From assembly GCA_964440095.1 (NCBI GenBank), contig CAYTPZ010000003.1:21671-85670 (forward strand): 64,000 nt of DNA, given 5' to 3'. Position 1 is the stretch's first letter; each line of letters opens with the position of its first letter. The stretch comes from an uncultured bacterium (GTDB taxonomy: Bacteria; Krumholzibacteriota; Krumholzibacteriia; JACNKJ01). A program made the position numbers and the translations under genes. A model generated the notes under the pieces. The model worked only from the letters and a program-made list of their open reading frames with translations, was not told the DNA's origin and ran no database searches. This document shows, in pieces, positions 52,225-62,700 of this stretch.

Positions 52225-53829
52225 CTAGCCTCCCGGACTTTCCTGAACCAACAATTCCTGCCCCTCTACAATGTGGTTGGGGGTCTTCAATCCGTTGGCC
52301 CTCAAGATCGACTTCAAGCTGACGCCGTAACGCTCCGCGATCAAGGAGAGATTCTCTCCACGGCGCACCTTATGCACGATTCTTCCGGTGGGCCCGGTGC
52401 GAACCTGAAGAGCCTGCCCCACAAAGATCCGATCTTCATGACGGATTCCGTTCAGGCGCATAAGCTCTTCCAGATTGCTGCCATAGCGCTTGGCTATGCC
52501 GGTAAGATGCTCCCCCTTCTTCACGATATGAGTGAGAGCGCGTTCATCGGCCAGCACAACCAGGCGCTGTCCGGATTTCAGCGGATCCTTGGGATCCAGG
52601 CGATTCACCTCGGCCAGCTCCGACATTTCCACGCCGAAGCGATGGGCGATGCGGGTAAGATTGTCACCGCGGCGCACCTTGTAGACAAGCTTGTCACGAT
52701 CGGAAAAGAGCGGATCATCCAGGCTGGATTCGTTCTTCTTGAAATAGGCCTGGGCCGCGGAGACCAGGAATTCCGCGTATTTCTGACGCCCTTTCTTGCT
52801 GCCCAGTAACTTTCGATCCTGACCATTGCTGAGGAAACCCGTCTCCACGAGGATGGAAGGCATATCCAGATTCTTGCAGACGGCGAAGTTCGCGCGCTTG
52901 ACACCCCGGGATTTTAGCCCAGGCGTCTTCTTGGCCGTCAGGTGAGCTTCCTTGGCGAAAACATAGCTGCGCTGAAGCAGAGTGCGCATGCGTTCGTTCA
53001 GCACAAGCTCGACACTTTCCTTGCCGTTGCCACCCATCAGGCCGCCGAGAAGTGCAGCCCGGTTCTCCTTGTCGGCCAAGACCTGAGACTTTCGATTGCT
53101 GGCCCCGCGCAATGACAGATAGAAAATTTCCACGCCCCGTGCGCTGGATTGAGGCGCGCTGTTGCAGTGAATGCTCAGGAAGAGGTCGCCGCCAGAGGCT
53201 TCGGCCTTGTCGCGCCGTTGATAGAGGGAAACGGTTTCATCCCGCTCGCGAGTGAGCACGGCCCGATATCCGGGAGTGTTCTCGAGGATGCGCTGCATAC
53301 ACTTGGCGATATCCAGGACGATCTTCTTCTCCACCAAATCGCCGCGCCGTGCGCCGGGGTCCTGTCCCCCATGACCGGGATCGATGACCACCACCAACTC
53401 GCGCTCGTAGGGCGAGGGCTCAAGGGCAAGGTTGCCGGCCCTGAGGGCGGGCAGCACATCGATTACAATGCGGAAGGGTTTCTTGCCGGGAATGGCGTCC
53501 AGGGCGAAGACCTTGTATTTGTGGGCACGCTCCAGGTCGAGGACGATCTGTGCGCCGCGATTCAGACGATTGCAACGCACACGCTTAAGCCGGCCATCCC
53601 CTACCGGGCGCGGGGAGGTATCGCAGTTGAATCCGCCGCCGACCAGGTCTATAACCAGGCGATCGGGTCCTTTGCGCGTGCTTAGCTCGTAGGATCCCGA
53701 GCGATCCAGGTCCAGTACCACGCGGGTCTTGCCGCCGGTGGTGGAGTGACGGATTGCCTGCACCTTGGGCGAAGCCAGGAGAAGGCTGGGAAGCAGCAGG
53801 GTCAGGAGCGCGGCGAGTTTAATCTTCAT
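52225..53829 (-). CDS. N-acetylmuramoyl-L-alanine amidase (Amidase_3, AmiC-type) with AMIN-like N-domain and three C-terminal LysM domains
   Basis: VVIDPGHGGQDPGA...LSIHCNSAPQSSARGVEIFYLS catalytic core. Three LysM copies (YKVRRGDNLTRIAHRFGV; HIVKKGEHLTGIAKRYGS; HKVRRGENLSLIAERYGV). The start is placed at the signal-peptide Met. Confidence 0.85.
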   Translation of the reverse strand: MKIKLAALLTLLLPSLLLASPKVQAIRHSTTGGKTRVVLDLDRSGSYELSTRKGPDRLVIDLVGGGFNCDTSPRPVGDGRLKRVRCNRLNRGAQIVLDLERAHKYKVFALDAIPGKKPFRIVIDVLPALRAGNLALEPSPYERELVVVIDPGHGGQDPGARRGDLVEKKIVLDIAKCMQRILENTPGYRAVLTRERDETVSLYQRRDKAEASGGDLFLSIHCNSAPQSSARGVEIFYLSLRGASNRKSQVLADKENRAALLGGLMGGNGKESVELVLNERMRTLLQRSYVFAKEAHLTAKKTPGLKSRGVKRANFAVCKNLDMPSILVETGFLSNGQDRKLLGSKKGRQKYAEFLVSAAQAYFKKNESSLDDPLFSDRDKLVYKVRRGDNLTRIAHRFGVEMSELAEVNRLDPKDPLKSGQRLVVLADERALTHIVKKGEHLTGIAKRYGSNLEELMRLNGIRHEDRIFVGQALQVRTGPTGRIVHKVRRGENLSLIAERYGVSLKSILRANGLKTPNHIVEGQELLVQESPGG

Positions 53830-54313
53830 GGATCCATTTCTGAAGTTCAGGAAACTCATCGCTGACGACTTCGATCCCATCTTCCATAAGCAAAGCAGTG
53901 GTAACCCCTTGACCGGGCAGCAATTTCCCTCCCGCGTGGATCTGATTCACCCCGCAGGAAGGGCTGCGCTCCTTGAGCACCGCCCGGCGGCAACCGGCCA
54001 GGCGAGCCAGTTCTAGGCTGCGATGAGCCCCTGCCCGAAAAGCCTCGCTGAGGTCGCGGCCCTGATCATCTTCAACCTGGGCCCTACCGGCTAGGACCTC
54101 GGCAGCTGTGCCGCCGTGAATCTCCGCAGGCGGCCGGGGAGTGCTCAATCCGCCCAATTGCTCGGGACATACGGGCAGAACTCGACCTTTCGCGGCAAGC
54201 CGACGTAGGGTTTCAAGGGGTTTGGACCCACCATCGAAGCGGCATTCCACTCCGAGCAGGCAGGCACTGACAAGTATCGGGTTGTTGTCTCTGGAGTCGC
54301 AGCTCAAAGTCAC
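53819..54313 (-). CDS. DUF523 family protein (YbbK / 2-thiouracil desulfurase-like)
   Basis: ILVSACLLGVECRFDGG...LPVCPEQLGGLSTPRPPAEI...LKERSPSCGVNQIHAGG match the conserved DUF523 cysteine motifs. Confidence 0.65.
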   Translation of the reverse strand: MTLSCDSRDNNPILVSACLLGVECRFDGGSKPLETLRRLAAKGRVLPVCPEQLGGLSTPRPPAEIHGGTAAEVLAGRAQVEDDQGRDLSEAFRAGAHRSLELARLAGCRRAVLKERSPSCGVNQIHAGGKLLPGQGVTTALLMEDGIEVVSDEFPELQKWIHED

Positions 54314-54361
54314 CTGCCGAAATTGCTGTGCGGCAGGGTGATCTAGCCAAGCTTAGGGAAA

Positions 54362-55270
54362 TCAGTCAACGACGAAATCACGCGGGAGGATGTACTCCCG
54401 CGGATTTACGTAGCGGCCGTCCCGTCGAACCTCATAGTGAAGGTGAGGGGCGGTGGAGTGTCCGGTGCTGCCCACGGTGGCCACAACGTCGCCGCGAACC
54501 ACTTTCTGGCCTTCGCTCACCAAGATTCGATCGCAGTGAGCATAGAAGGTTTCCAGTCCATCACCGTGATCCAGGGTGAGCTGATTTCCGTAACCGCTGG
54601 AGGACCGTTTCACCTTTTTCACGCGGGCATTGGCGGTGGCCATGACGGGAGTTCCGCGTCGAGCGCTCAGGTCCATGCCTCGGTGAAAAGCCGTTCGGCC
54701 CGTGAAGGGATCGGGACGCCGGCCGAAACCGCTGGAGGTTCGTCCGCCGAGAATGGGCCATATGGAGGGAATGCGAGCCAGGTTGTCGCGGGCCTCGCGC
54801 AGGCTGCCGAATACCTCTTCAGCACTCTGTCGAAGTACTCGCGCCCGTCCAAGAAGACGATCCAGGTGGATATCGATGCCTGCGGTCTCGCCGATCATCT
54901 CGCGACCCACAGGTCCTCCCACACCGGCCGTGAGCGCGGCCTCATCCATGGGCTCCAGATTGGCGAGATTGCGAGTCCAACCCTGGAATTCCTCCACCGA
55001 GCGAAGATGCTCCTCGAGCTGACCCAGGCGATTACGCAAAAACTGAATGTCTTCGCGAAGCACCGTGTTTTCCCGGTCAAGCTCTCGGAGTTGAAGCGCT
55101 TCGGATCCGCGCAGAATGGCCATGGTTCCCAGGCCCAGCGACAAGAGAAGCAGCAGGGCCAGTGAGCCCAGGCCGAGCTTGATCGCCCAGGGGCGGAGCC
55201 GTAAATGCCGCGCCGGGTGATCGCTGTCCCGCAGGAGGACCAGTGTTATGGGTGTTTTTTTCTTGGACAT
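54362..55270 (-). CDS. M23 family metallopeptidase (LytM domain) with N-terminal TM and coiled-coil
   Basis: GYGNQLTLDHGDGLETFYAHCDRILVSEGQKVVRGDVVATVGSTGHSTAPHLHYEVRRDG is the M23 HxxxD / HxH signature. Confidence 0.85.
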   Translation of the reverse strand: MSKKKTPITLVLLRDSDHPARHLRLRPWAIKLGLGSLALLLLLSLGLGTMAILRGSEALQLRELDRENTVLREDIQFLRNRLGQLEEHLRSVEEFQGWTRNLANLEPMDEAALTAGVGGPVGREMIGETAGIDIHLDRLLGRARVLRQSAEEVFGSLREARDNLARIPSIWPILGGRTSSGFGRRPDPFTGRTAFHRGMDLSARRGTPVMATANARVKKVKRSSSGYGNQLTLDHGDGLETFYAHCDRILVSEGQKVVRGDVVATVGSTGHSTAPHLHYEVRRDGRYVNPREYILPRDFVVD

Positions 55271-55357
55271 AGGAACCGGGCAGCAAGCTAGAAGCTGCGG
55301 GCCACGGTGTCAAGGGGGCTGAATAGTGAACTGGGGACTGAGAACTGAGGACTGGGA

Positions 55358-55395
55358 ACAAGAAACCCCCGGGCTCAACACCGGGGGGTTCTCAG
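55358..55395 (-). terminator. Hairpin terminator downstream of the sigma-factor gene
   Basis: Minus strand reads aaccccccggtgttgagcccgggggtt followed by tcttgtt. It is preceded by four ACTGRGR heptamers. Lies ~20 nt after the rpoD-like stop. Confidence 0.5.
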
Positions 55396-55413
55396 TTCCT
55401 GTTCAAGTTCGTG

Positions 55414-56274
55414 CTATTGATCCAAATACGCCTTCAATTCCTCCACCAGCTTCCAGCCGCGGATCTTATCGAAGGTCTCTTCCTTGATCTGGCGAATACG
55501 CTCGCGGGTCAGACCCAGGCGCTTGCCGATTTCTTCCAGGGTCTCTTCATCGCGACCACCGATCCCGAAATAGTGCTCGAGAATCATGCGTTCGCGCTCG
55601 CCGAGGCTGTCCAGAAGGCGGGTAACCTCATCCCTGAGGGTGCCCACATAGGTGTGCTCGTCGGGAGAATCCGCATCCTCGTCCTTGAGAAAATCCTGGA
55701 GGGGATTCTCATCGTCGCCACCGAAGGGGTCGGTAAGCGATAGAGGCGGATGGGCGATATCCATGGTGCCGCGCACTTCACGCCGGCTCAGCTTGAGCTT
55801 TTCGGCGATTTCCTCCACCGACGGGTCGCGTTCCAGATCCTGGAACAAGGCCGCCTGCATCTTGCCCATGCGGTAAAGGGCATTGGCACGGTTGGTGGGA
55901 ATGCGGAATATGCGCGATTGGTCGGCGAGGGCCTGCAGCATGGCCTGCCTCACCCACCACACCGCATAGCTGATGAACTTGAATCCACGGGTCTCGTCGA
56001 AACGCTCGGCCGCGCGAATCAGGCCGATGTTCCCCTCGTTGATGAGGTCGGTGATGCTCAGCCCCTGCCCCGCATACTTCCGGGCATAGGCCACCACGAA
56101 ACGCAGATTGGCGCGGATCAGTTTGGTCTTGGCCTCGTGATCCCCTTTTTTGATGCGCTTCGCCAGTTCCACCTCTTCCTCGCGAGTCAGCAAGGGAGTG
56201 TTGTGGATTTCCTTCAAATAGATGTCGAGGCTCTTTTCCCCGCTGTGCCGGACGGGTTCCCTATGTTCCAGCAT
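55414..56274 (-). CDS. rpoD: RNA polymerase primary sigma factor, short FCB-type sigma-70 (SigA/RpoD, 286 aa)
   Basis: Regions 2-4 present ([61 protein letters not shown]; [20 protein letters not shown]). Length and sequence closely match the Bacteroidota-type primary sigma. Confidence 0.85.
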   Translation of the reverse strand: MLEHREPVRHSGEKSLDIYLKEIHNTPLLTREEEVELAKRIKKGDHEAKTKLIRANLRFVVAYARKYAGQGLSITDLINEGNIGLIRAAERFDETRGFKFISYAVWWVRQAMLQALADQSRIFRIPTNRANALYRMGKMQAALFQDLERDPSVEEIAEKLKLSRREVRGTMDIAHPPLSLTDPFGGDDENPLQDFLKDEDADSPDEHTYVGTLRDEVTRLLDSLGERERMILEHYFGIGGRDEETLEEIGKRLGLTRERIRQIKEETFDKIRGWKLVEELKAYLDQ

Positions 56275-56349
56275 AATGATCCATTCCTTCCTGTCTTTGC
56301 GAGCGCCTAGCGCCCGAGCCCGAGTCGAGCAGGGAAACGTGGGGTAATA

Positions 56350-57810
56350 CTAATCGTTAGGCGTGATGTACACGAAGGTCGTGTAGCTCCTTCGCTGTAC
56401 CAACAGTCCTATTCTCTTTTTTGAATCGCGATACTCTTCCGAAATATCTTCGAAGGTTTTAAAATTTTCAATTCCCTGGTCGCGGATTTTCAGAATGACA
56501 TCGCCGACACGAATCTCGGCGCGATCCGCAGGACTACCGGAACGAACACTCGTCACGATAACGCCGGAGTCGGGATCCAATTCCATCTGTCCCGCCAGCG
56601 CACTGCCCATGGCCTCTTCGACCTCAAGGCCGAACCAGTCTCCGGACGGAATGGGGGCCGCCACTTGGAGATCTTCCGGGAATTCTACCAGTTTGATGGT
56701 TTTTGTCAGTGACTTTCCGTCGCGATGTACTTTTACATCCACTTTTTCACCCACGGGGATCTCCGCCACCATGAAGCGAAAACGTTCCAGGTCTTCGAGT
56801 TGCTCGCCCTCGAACTCCGTGAGAACGTCCCCCGCACGAATTCCTGCCTGATCGGCCGGAAATCCGGGAGTTACGCTCGTCACAAGAATGCCACGGTCGA
56901 TATCCAGGCCCAGGCCCTCGGCTTTGTCGGCATCCAGCTCATCGGGACTCACGCCCATGAAGGAGCGCGTGACCTTCCCGAAATCCCGCAGCTGATCGAT
57001 GATCTTCGAAGCCATGTTGATGGGAATGGCAAAGCCGATACCCTGCCCCGAAGCGTTGATGGCGGTGTTGATGCCGATGACCCGGCCGCGTATGTCCACC
57101 AGGGGACCGCCGCTGTTTCCGAAGTTGATGGCCGCGTCGGTCTGGATGAAATCTTGATAGGCCGGCGCGCCGCCCTGAATGGCCAGATTGCTGCGACCCT
57201 TGGCGCTGATCACGCCCACGGTGAGAGTGCCTTCCAGCTGCCCCATGGGATTGCCGATGGCGATGGCCCAGTCCCCCACGCGCGACAGATCGCTGTCGCC
57301 GCGGCTGACGAAGGGGAAACGTCGATCGTCGTCGTTAATGATGCGCAACAGGGCCAGGTCGGTTTTCTCATCGGTGCCCAGGATTTCCGCATCGTAGCTG
57401 TCGCGCTCGCCCGGCAGTCGCACCATGATTTTCTCGGCGTTGCGAATCACATGATTGTTGGTCACCACGAGGCCTTCCGCCTCGACGATGAAGCCGGATC
57501 CCGAGCTGGGAATGGGCTCGTTTTCATCCGGCATGAACTGATCGAAGAAGGGATTGTCGAACTGATCCATGAAGGGATGGTTCTTCATCATTTCTTCCAT
57601 GGAGCGACTCACCTCGATGGACACCACCGCCGGCACCACCTGTTCGGCCACCACGCGGAAAGGACTCACCGCTTCCGCGTTGACCATCTCCGCAAAGCGA
57701 TTGGATTCCGCGAAGACCGGGCCGGCGACCAATGCGACCAAGCTGCCGAGAAGCAGGGCGCGAAGGGCGAAGCTGCCCATCTTGTTTGTAATTTCTTTCA
57801 ATCGAAACAC
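56350..57810 (-). CDS. degP: Periplasmic serine endoprotease DegP/HtrA (trypsin-like domain + two PDZ)
   Basis: Catalytic triad context VVTNNHVI...D...GNSGGPLVDIRGRVIGINTAI. Two PDZ domains. Signal peptide. GTG start. Confidence 0.9.
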   Translation of the reverse strand: MFRLKEITNKMGSFALRALLLGSLVALVAGPVFAESNRFAEMVNAEAVSPFRVVAEQVVPAVVSIEVSRSMEEMMKNHPFMDQFDNPFFDQFMPDENEPIPSSGSGFIVEAEGLVVTNNHVIRNAEKIMVRLPGERDSYDAEILGTDEKTDLALLRIINDDDRRFPFVSRGDSDLSRVGDWAIAIGNPMGQLEGTLTVGVISAKGRSNLAIQGGAPAYQDFIQTDAAINFGNSGGPLVDIRGRVIGINTAINASGQGIGFAIPINMASKIIDQLRDFGKVTRSFMGVSPDELDADKAEGLGLDIDRGILVTSVTPGFPADQAGIRAGDVLTEFEGEQLEDLERFRFMVAEIPVGEKVDVKVHRDGKSLTKTIKLVEFPEDLQVAAPIPSGDWFGLEVEEAMGSALAGQMELDPDSGVIVTSVRSGSPADRAEIRVGDVILKIRDQGIENFKTFEDISEEYRDSKKRIGLLVQRRSYTTFVYITPND

Positions 57811-57986
57811 TCCTGTGAACGGCTCTCTCGATCCGACTTAACTTAATATTTTAGCTCTTTTGCGCCCCGATGGCAATTCCTGTCCCTTATGGGTCGCATC
57901 TGGGAGTAGGGCGGCAAACAGGGAAAAACGCCAGAAGTTCCAAAAACTCTTGGGCTAAGGCCTCTGCTTCCCTAGAATGCGTCGAA

Positions 57987-58739
57987 ATGCCCAATGAAGC
58001 CGTTTACTTTTTATCCGATGCCCACTTCCGCTCCAAGGATTCAATTGGAGAAGCGGAGAAGTTGCGGCGTTTCGCGACCTTCCTCGAAAACATCGAAGGC
58101 GCGGAGCATCTGTATCTGCTGGGGGATCTCTTCGATTTCTGGCTCGAGTACCGCCGGGCGATCCCCAAAGGATACTTGGAGGTACTACGTCCACTACGCC
58201 GTCTGCGTGACAGTGGAACCGCAATCACCCTGATTGGCGGCAATCACGACTACTGGATGGGTTCTTTTTTCGAAGATGAATTAGGCGCGACCTTGGCCCT
58301 GGATGGTTGCCGCGCCGAGCATCAGGGCAAGCGCATACTCATGGTGCATGGCGACGATCTGCTCAATGGAGACACCGGCTACAAGATTCTGAAATCCATC
58401 ATTCGCAATCGGCTTTTCGTGGGAACGGCCAAACTCCTGCACCCCGACTTCACCTACTGGGCCGCCGATCTGCTTTCGGGCACCAGCCGTAAATTGGGCG
58501 AGACCGGCCATCAAAAGATCACTCCCTCGCGCAGCCTGAGGCTCAAACCGCTTCTCGATGAGACCGTCGACATCCTCATTTTCGGACACCTGCACATGGC
58601 CTTCCACCAACTCCACGAATCATGGGAGATGGTCTGTCTGGGCGATTGGATCGAGCTGTTCAGTTACGGAGAATTGCGGGATGGCCAGATGCGGCTGCTC
58701 GACGACCAGGGCAAGGTCTTCGACCCGGAACGAATTTAA
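57987..58739 (+). CDS. lpxH: UDP-2,3-diacylglucosamine pyrophosphatase LpxH-like (calcineurin-like phosphoesterase)
   Basis: MPNEAVYFLSDAHF...LYLLGDLFDFWLEYRRAIPKGY...IGGNHDYWMG...MVHGDDL are the LpxH metallophosphatase motifs. The only convincing plus-strand gene. The start is placed at the internal ATG, not the track start at 57870. Confidence 0.8.
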   Translation: MPNEAVYFLSDAHFRSKDSIGEAEKLRRFATFLENIEGAEHLYLLGDLFDFWLEYRRAIPKGYLEVLRPLRRLRDSGTAITLIGGNHDYWMGSFFEDELGATLALDGCRAEHQGKRILMVHGDDLLNGDTGYKILKSIIRNRLFVGTAKLLHPDFTYWAADLLSGTSRKLGETGHQKITPSRSLRLKPLLDETVDILIFGHLHMAFHQLHESWEMVCLGDWIELFSYGELRDGQMRLLDDQGKVFDPERI

Positions 58740-58742
58740 CTC

Positions 58743-58773
58743 TGGCGGTCAGCGGCTAGCGGCTAGCGGTCAG
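58743..58773. repeat. Short heptanucleotide array (AGCGGNN x4, reverse orientation of the CCGCTNN family)
   Basis: ggcggtcAGCGGCTAGCGGCTAGCGGTCagc in the convergent gap between lpxH and the porin-like gene. Confidence 0.7.
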
Positions 58774-58775
58774 CT

Positions 58776-59729
58776 CTAGAAATCGATTCCCAATCCCAAG
58801 CGATGCGAACTCCCCAGATCATTGTCGGAATTCACAAAGGCATAGTCGAAGCGATACTGACCCAGGGCGATTCCGGCTCCGGCCGTGAGATTCTGGGAAT
58901 CGTATCCGGCCTTATAGCCAAGACGCAGGGCGGCGAGCCCGGCAACCTGCCACTCGGCGCCCATGTGATGACGCGCGCTCATGGCGCGGGCTTCTCCCAG
59001 GCTGTCGTCGCTGGTCACGTCGCCGTCCCCCACCAGGAGCAGGTCGTAGGCGATCAATAGATCGTTGTCGCCCATGTGGATGGGCGTATTCAAGGCCACA
59101 CCCATCTTCATGGTGAGCGGCGCGTCGAAGGTTTCGCTGACATACTCGAACTGCGAACCCATATTGAGCACCGCCGCGGCCACGGTGAGGCTGGGGATGC
59201 GCGTTTCGTGACGAAGGCCGAAGTCGAAGAGCATACCCTTGGCGCTCTCCTCATAGATGCGACTGTAGATCCACTTGGCGCCAACTCCGGCTTCCACGCC
59301 GCCGAAGAGATTCTTGCCCCAGGCCATGTGGAAGGCCATGTCGAAGGCGCTGAAGTGTCCCAGGGGTTCTTCGCTGGGACCTTCGCGGAGTTCCATGTCG
59401 TCCATGGTGAGGGCCGTCACGCCGAAGGCGAAGGTACCCAGATGCGTGGGGTGAGCCACACCCACGAACTCCTGGCGAAGTGACTGGAAATACTCGTGAT
59501 GGGCAAAACGCAGGTTGGTGCTCGGCGTGCGAGCCAGTCCCGCAGGATTCCAATAGAGCGCGGTGGCGTCACCGGCCAGGGCCGTGTAGGCATCCCCCAT
59601 GCCGGCGGCGCGTTCGCTCACGCCCAGGCGCAGGAAGAGCAGACCCGCCGTGCCCGCTTCAAATGCGAAGGCCGGAGCCGCCGTTGCGGCGATGAGTGTG
59701 ACGATCAGGAATGTGCGGGCGAGTCTCAT
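58776..59729 (-). CDS. Outer-membrane beta-barrel protein, PorV/FadL-like (possible T9SS shuttle/porin family)
   Basis: Signal peptide. FEAGTAGLLFLRLGVSERAAGMGDAYTALAGDATALYWNPAGLA N-terminal block typical of PorV/UPF0164-like barrels. Alternating-strand pattern. Terminal aromatic residue (F). Confidence 0.45.
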   Translation of the reverse strand: MRLARTFLIVTLIAATAAPAFAFEAGTAGLLFLRLGVSERAAGMGDAYTALAGDATALYWNPAGLARTPSTNLRFAHHEYFQSLRQEFVGVAHPTHLGTFAFGVTALTMDDMELREGPSEEPLGHFSAFDMAFHMAWGKNLFGGVEAGVGAKWIYSRIYEESAKGMLFDFGLRHETRIPSLTVAAAVLNMGSQFEYVSETFDAPLTMKMGVALNTPIHMGDNDLLIAYDLLLVGDGDVTSDDSLGEARAMSARHHMGAEWQVAGLAALRLGYKAGYDSQNLTAGAGIALGQYRFDYAFVNSDNDLGSSHRLGLGIDF

Positions 59730-59742
59730 ATTTGTCCTGCCT

Positions 59743-62700
59743 TCATCGGATCACGGCGAGGCGGCCCATCTCTTGGCGCCCGCTCGTCTCGGATTGGATT
59801 CTGAAAAAGTAAAGCCCCGGAGCGAACTCGTCCAGCGACAGTTCCCGTTCGCCGGGACTGAAGCCGTCCAGATTCATGGTATCGGACCAAAGTCGCTGGC
59901 CCTCGAGGTCGAAAATCTCAATTTTCACGCGATCGGGGCTGTCGGCGCGCACACGCCAGGTGACGCCGCTTCCCGCCGGATTGGGATAGGGATAGGCCTC
60001 GGCAAAAGTCGCGCTACCGTTGCTGCTCACTTCCACGGGACCTGCCGCCAGAACCCGGCCGCTGCGGGTCGGATTGCCGCCGGCCATGGCCCAGACGGGA
60101 TAAGCGCCGGTCGGTGTGAGGGGCATGTGCCAGAAGCTCAATTCGGGCGTGCTGAGGAGCGTGTCCTCGGCGGCAGATGTGCCATCCACCCCATCGAAGA
60201 AAGACAGCCCCATGAGTTCGAAGCCGAATTCGCCGGCAGCGATCACCGGACTCGCGGGAATGGAAGCACCTAAAAGTTGCGCCTTGCTACTGGGACCCTC
60301 GGGCAACAGACGCCCGTCACGTGTGAAGATAAGGGGCCGATCCATGCCCGCATCATCGCGCATGCTTAGAGCCCAAACCGCCGGATCGTCCGTCCAGACC
60401 AGGGGCGCGTTGGCGGGCAAAGCGCGGGGCCAATCGCTGAAGAAAGCGCCGTCGGCGCTCCAAAGGCCCGCCGAGCCCGGGTAGAGCGCCATCATTTCCA
60501 GACTGCCGTTACCGTCGCTGTCCAGGGGCAAGACTGTGCCGCCCAGGCTGGAGATATCGGCGAAGTTGTAAATGGGGTCGGGCGTGATTTCGAACTCACC
60601 GGCTAAATGGCCCTCGAAGCGTCCCATGGGATGGTAAAGCTCCACCACACCCGAGCGCAGAATCTGAAGTTCATCGCTGCCGTCGCCGTCCAGATCGCCC
60701 GATGATAGTTGCGTGTTCAGGCAGGGGCAAGGTCGCGTGAGCGCCCAAATCGACTCTTCCGGCCCCAAGGGCAAACCGTGAATGCGCAGGGTCGAATCGC
60801 TCAGGGCGAAAGCCACGGTTGCGTTTACCGCTGCGGGATGATCGTAGCCGCGCTCGTTCTCATCCACCGACATGAGCAGTGCGGGAGCCGAAGCCGGCAG
60901 CCCGGCGATTTCCGCCCAACCTGGACCCACATCGATGCCTTCTTCATCGATGAAGCGCGGCCGCGTGTGGGTCTCATTGCTTTGGATATGCAGCAGGAAG
61001 ATGTCCAAGTCGCCATCTTCATCGACATCATGAAGCATGGGACCCTGGCTGAACCAGCCCTCCAATTGCAGCAAAAGGGCCGTATCGCCCAGAGGCTCGC
61101 CGTTCAGGTGCCAGGCGTAGACACCACCGGTGCCGTCCAGAAGCACGATTTCATAGTCGCCGTCGCCGTCCAGGTCGCCGGCCGCCGGAGATCCAGCTGA
61201 AACGCCGGCGATATCGGCGAGTTCATCGAAGCTCCCCGCTTCAAGATCCATGCTGATCAAACGCGTCGAGCTGACGCCGTCCCAGGCCGCGAAAATGAAT
61301 CGCGCGGCCAGGCCGTCATAGAAACCTAGAGGAGCGCCCAATGGGTAATAGGCCGGCAGTTCAATTCGATTCACCGTCCAGTCGGCGCTGCCCTCCCACT
61401 GGGCCGAATAGCTCATCATCGGTCCGTGCGCGCCGATGCCGCTGAAACTCCAACCGGTCTCGGCGCCCTCGGCGCTGAGCGTGTTGGGATAGGCATCCGC
61501 ATCCACAAAGGTCTGCGTGGCGATAAGATCGTTGGGACCACCGGCGGCGCGAAAGGCATCGTAGTCGCTGCCGTAGGCTTCTGGGTGATAGCCCGGCGAG
61601 TAGGACAGGTCGGCGAAGCCGTCGGCCTCGAGCAGGCAGACGCCGTAGTGTTCGTTCCAGGCGTTGATCACATTGCTGCCCAGCAGGAAACTCAGGTGCA
61701 GCAGTTCCTCGTCGATACGCCAGATGAACAGCCCGCTGCCGGGCACGTGATCTTCGGCGTTGGCCTGGGTGGTGAAGTAATCCCACTCGGCGTCGAGCAG
61801 AGTTTCGCCAAAGTCAGGGATGTAGTTGTCGTTGCTGTCGCCGAAGGTGAAGAGGCTGTCGCCGTCGGCGTCCTGGTCGCGGTTTTCCACCAGGAAGTAC
61901 TCGCGATCGGATATGGGGAATCGGTGCAGCTGGCTCATGGATGGAATGCTCAGGTCGAGGATGCTCTCGGCATCGTCCTTCGAATACTCGACAACTTCAG
62001 CCCATCCCATGAGCATGCGGTTGAAGGCCGAAGGAGGCCCGGGCACGAAACCCAGGGCGTTCCAGAGCCCGCTGCTCATGACATCGAAATTCCCCGCGCC
62101 CTGTCCCTGTGGCGCGATGTAATCATTGAGCCCCACAAGGCCCAGATAGCCGCCCATCTGGTGGACCATCACGCCCAGCGCTCCGAGCACGTATGGCGGA
62201 TTCAGGCTTTCCTCGATTTCCTCTTCGGGCGCGATGGCGAAGCGCTGCAGGCGGTAGGTGCTGTCCTGGTCGCCCGTCACGATGCCCTCGTAGTCGGGTA
62301 GGGAATCGGCGAAGGCCTCGGTGATGGATTCGAAATCCACATAGCCCGACCAGATCTGCTCGGGCGAGTCGCGGTTCAGATCCGATTCCTGGCCCGCGCC
62401 CGCGTGGATGAACACGGTGAGATCGTAGGCGGAAAAATCCTGGGTGGAATCGGCCAGGGCCACGGCGTCGGCGGCCAGCCAGTGCACGCCGAGGGTCCAG
62501 TCGAGATTGTCGTCGCCGTAAACACTCATGGCTCGCGGCAGGCTGAAGAGTGTGTCGGGAACCGTATAGTTGATGAACAGGCGCTCACCCGACATGGAAC
62601 GATAATAATCGTTCACGCGCTCGAGCTGATCGGCGAACCAATCCCGACGGCAATGCATCACTCCGTCGGACAGATTCTGCAGGCTGTCGGGCATGCGCAC

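Noticed and set aside
55321-55357. ACTGRGR x4 heptamer run next to the rpoD terminator as another member of the repeat family
   Set aside because: The core sequence (ACTGAGG) differs from CCGCT. It is only four imperfect copies adjacent to a terminator hairpin and is probably incidental.
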